Shown here: positions 16,168 to 16,769 of the stretch, piece by piece
Layout: every line of letters begins with the position of its first letter
Numbering within the stretch: position 1 is the stretch's first letter
NCBI GenBank assembly: GCA_044220955.1
Contig: JBGAQA010000126.1
Coordinates: forward strand, 1 to 16,769
Direction of reading: 5' to 3'
From: Sandaracinaceae bacterium
GTDB taxonomy: Bacteria; Myxococcota_A; Polyangia; Polyangiales; Sandaracinaceae
DNA length: 16,769 bases
Program-made: the position numbers and the translations under genes
The notes under the pieces: model-generated
Told to the model about the DNA's origin: nothing
What the model saw: the letters and a program-made list of their open reading frames with translations, nothing else
Databases searched by the model: none

Positions 16168-16289
16168 CACCAGGGGTCGGCTTGGGTCGGAGGCGACACG
16201 CTGCTGGTGCGTCGCGCGGCCACGTAGCGCTACGCTCGTGCCGTGAGGAGCTCTCGCGACACCGGGCGGTCGGTCGGCGCTCGTCGCGA

Positions 16290-16560
16290 CCTGGCTGGTC
16301 GGCGCTCGAGGACGAATCCGACATCACCGGTGCGGGAACCGCGGCCACGATGCGCGCATCGATCCGTCAGGGCTTCGTCCCGGGCGTGGGTCCGCCCTTC
16401 GGGTACGCAACCCAGCCGGTCAAGCGCCGCCCCGACATCGGGCGGGATCGGCCAGTGCCCGGTCCGGGCGAAGCGCCGATCGTCCGCGAGCTGTTCCGGC
16501 TCTAGGTCGCGAGTTCCGTCGGCGCGAGCGTGCGTCGCGGCGTGATCTCGCCATGCGGCA
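16290..16560 (+). pseudogene. Degraded fragment of a large serine recombinase (end of helix E and start of the recombinase domain)
   Basis: ALEDESDITGAGTAATMRASIRQGFVPGVGPPFGY...VPGPGEAPIVRELFRL*VA matches the family pattern ES.....RT...M......G...G..PP[FY]GY...P.EA..VR.IF.LY. TAG 16503-16505 stands where the Tyr codon is expected. No catalytic domain is visible upstream, and the boundaries are approximate. Confidence 0.7.
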
Positions 16561-16769
16561 TCGCGTCGAGCGCCTCGGTGATGCGGGCAGGCGTGTCTCG
16601 ACCTGGTAGCGGGCGCACACGACTGAAAGCGATCTTCACGATCCGCTGCGAAACGATCGCAGATTCGGGAGGGTGCAGTTCCCGATCTGCGCGGGAGAAG
16701 CGTAGCGATTTCGATCGGTTGCACGGCGTAGGTTGAGGGTCGGGGCTTGCTCGCGGCAGATATCCGGCT

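Overview
High-GC bacterial DNA whose gene content points to Myxococcota, probably Polyangiales or Sandaracinus-like (inference). Bases 1-4725 carry a translationally coupled DUF2339-like membrane protein (5'-truncated by the window edge) and a DUF3999-like exported protein. The rest looks like an accessory region. It holds a frameshifted lipoprotein relic and a 180-bp MITE-like element with 24-bp terminal inverted repeats and an exact 8-bp flanking duplication. It also holds a compact signalling locus: an FHA-domain sigma54 activator and a convergent membrane Ser/Thr kinase, surrounded by surface lipoprotein genes (CAP-domain/MYXO-CTERM, beta-propeller repeat, Cys-rich) and a TPR/PEGA-type pair. 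Three lipoprotein units each have a correctly spaced -24/-12 sigma54 promoter. Two of these also share an upstream palindromic motif, which suggests a local regulon readable from the DNA. A decayed large serine recombinase fragment lies at the right end. No RNA genes or CRISPR array were seen. All family calls are by eye from motifs, not from database searches.
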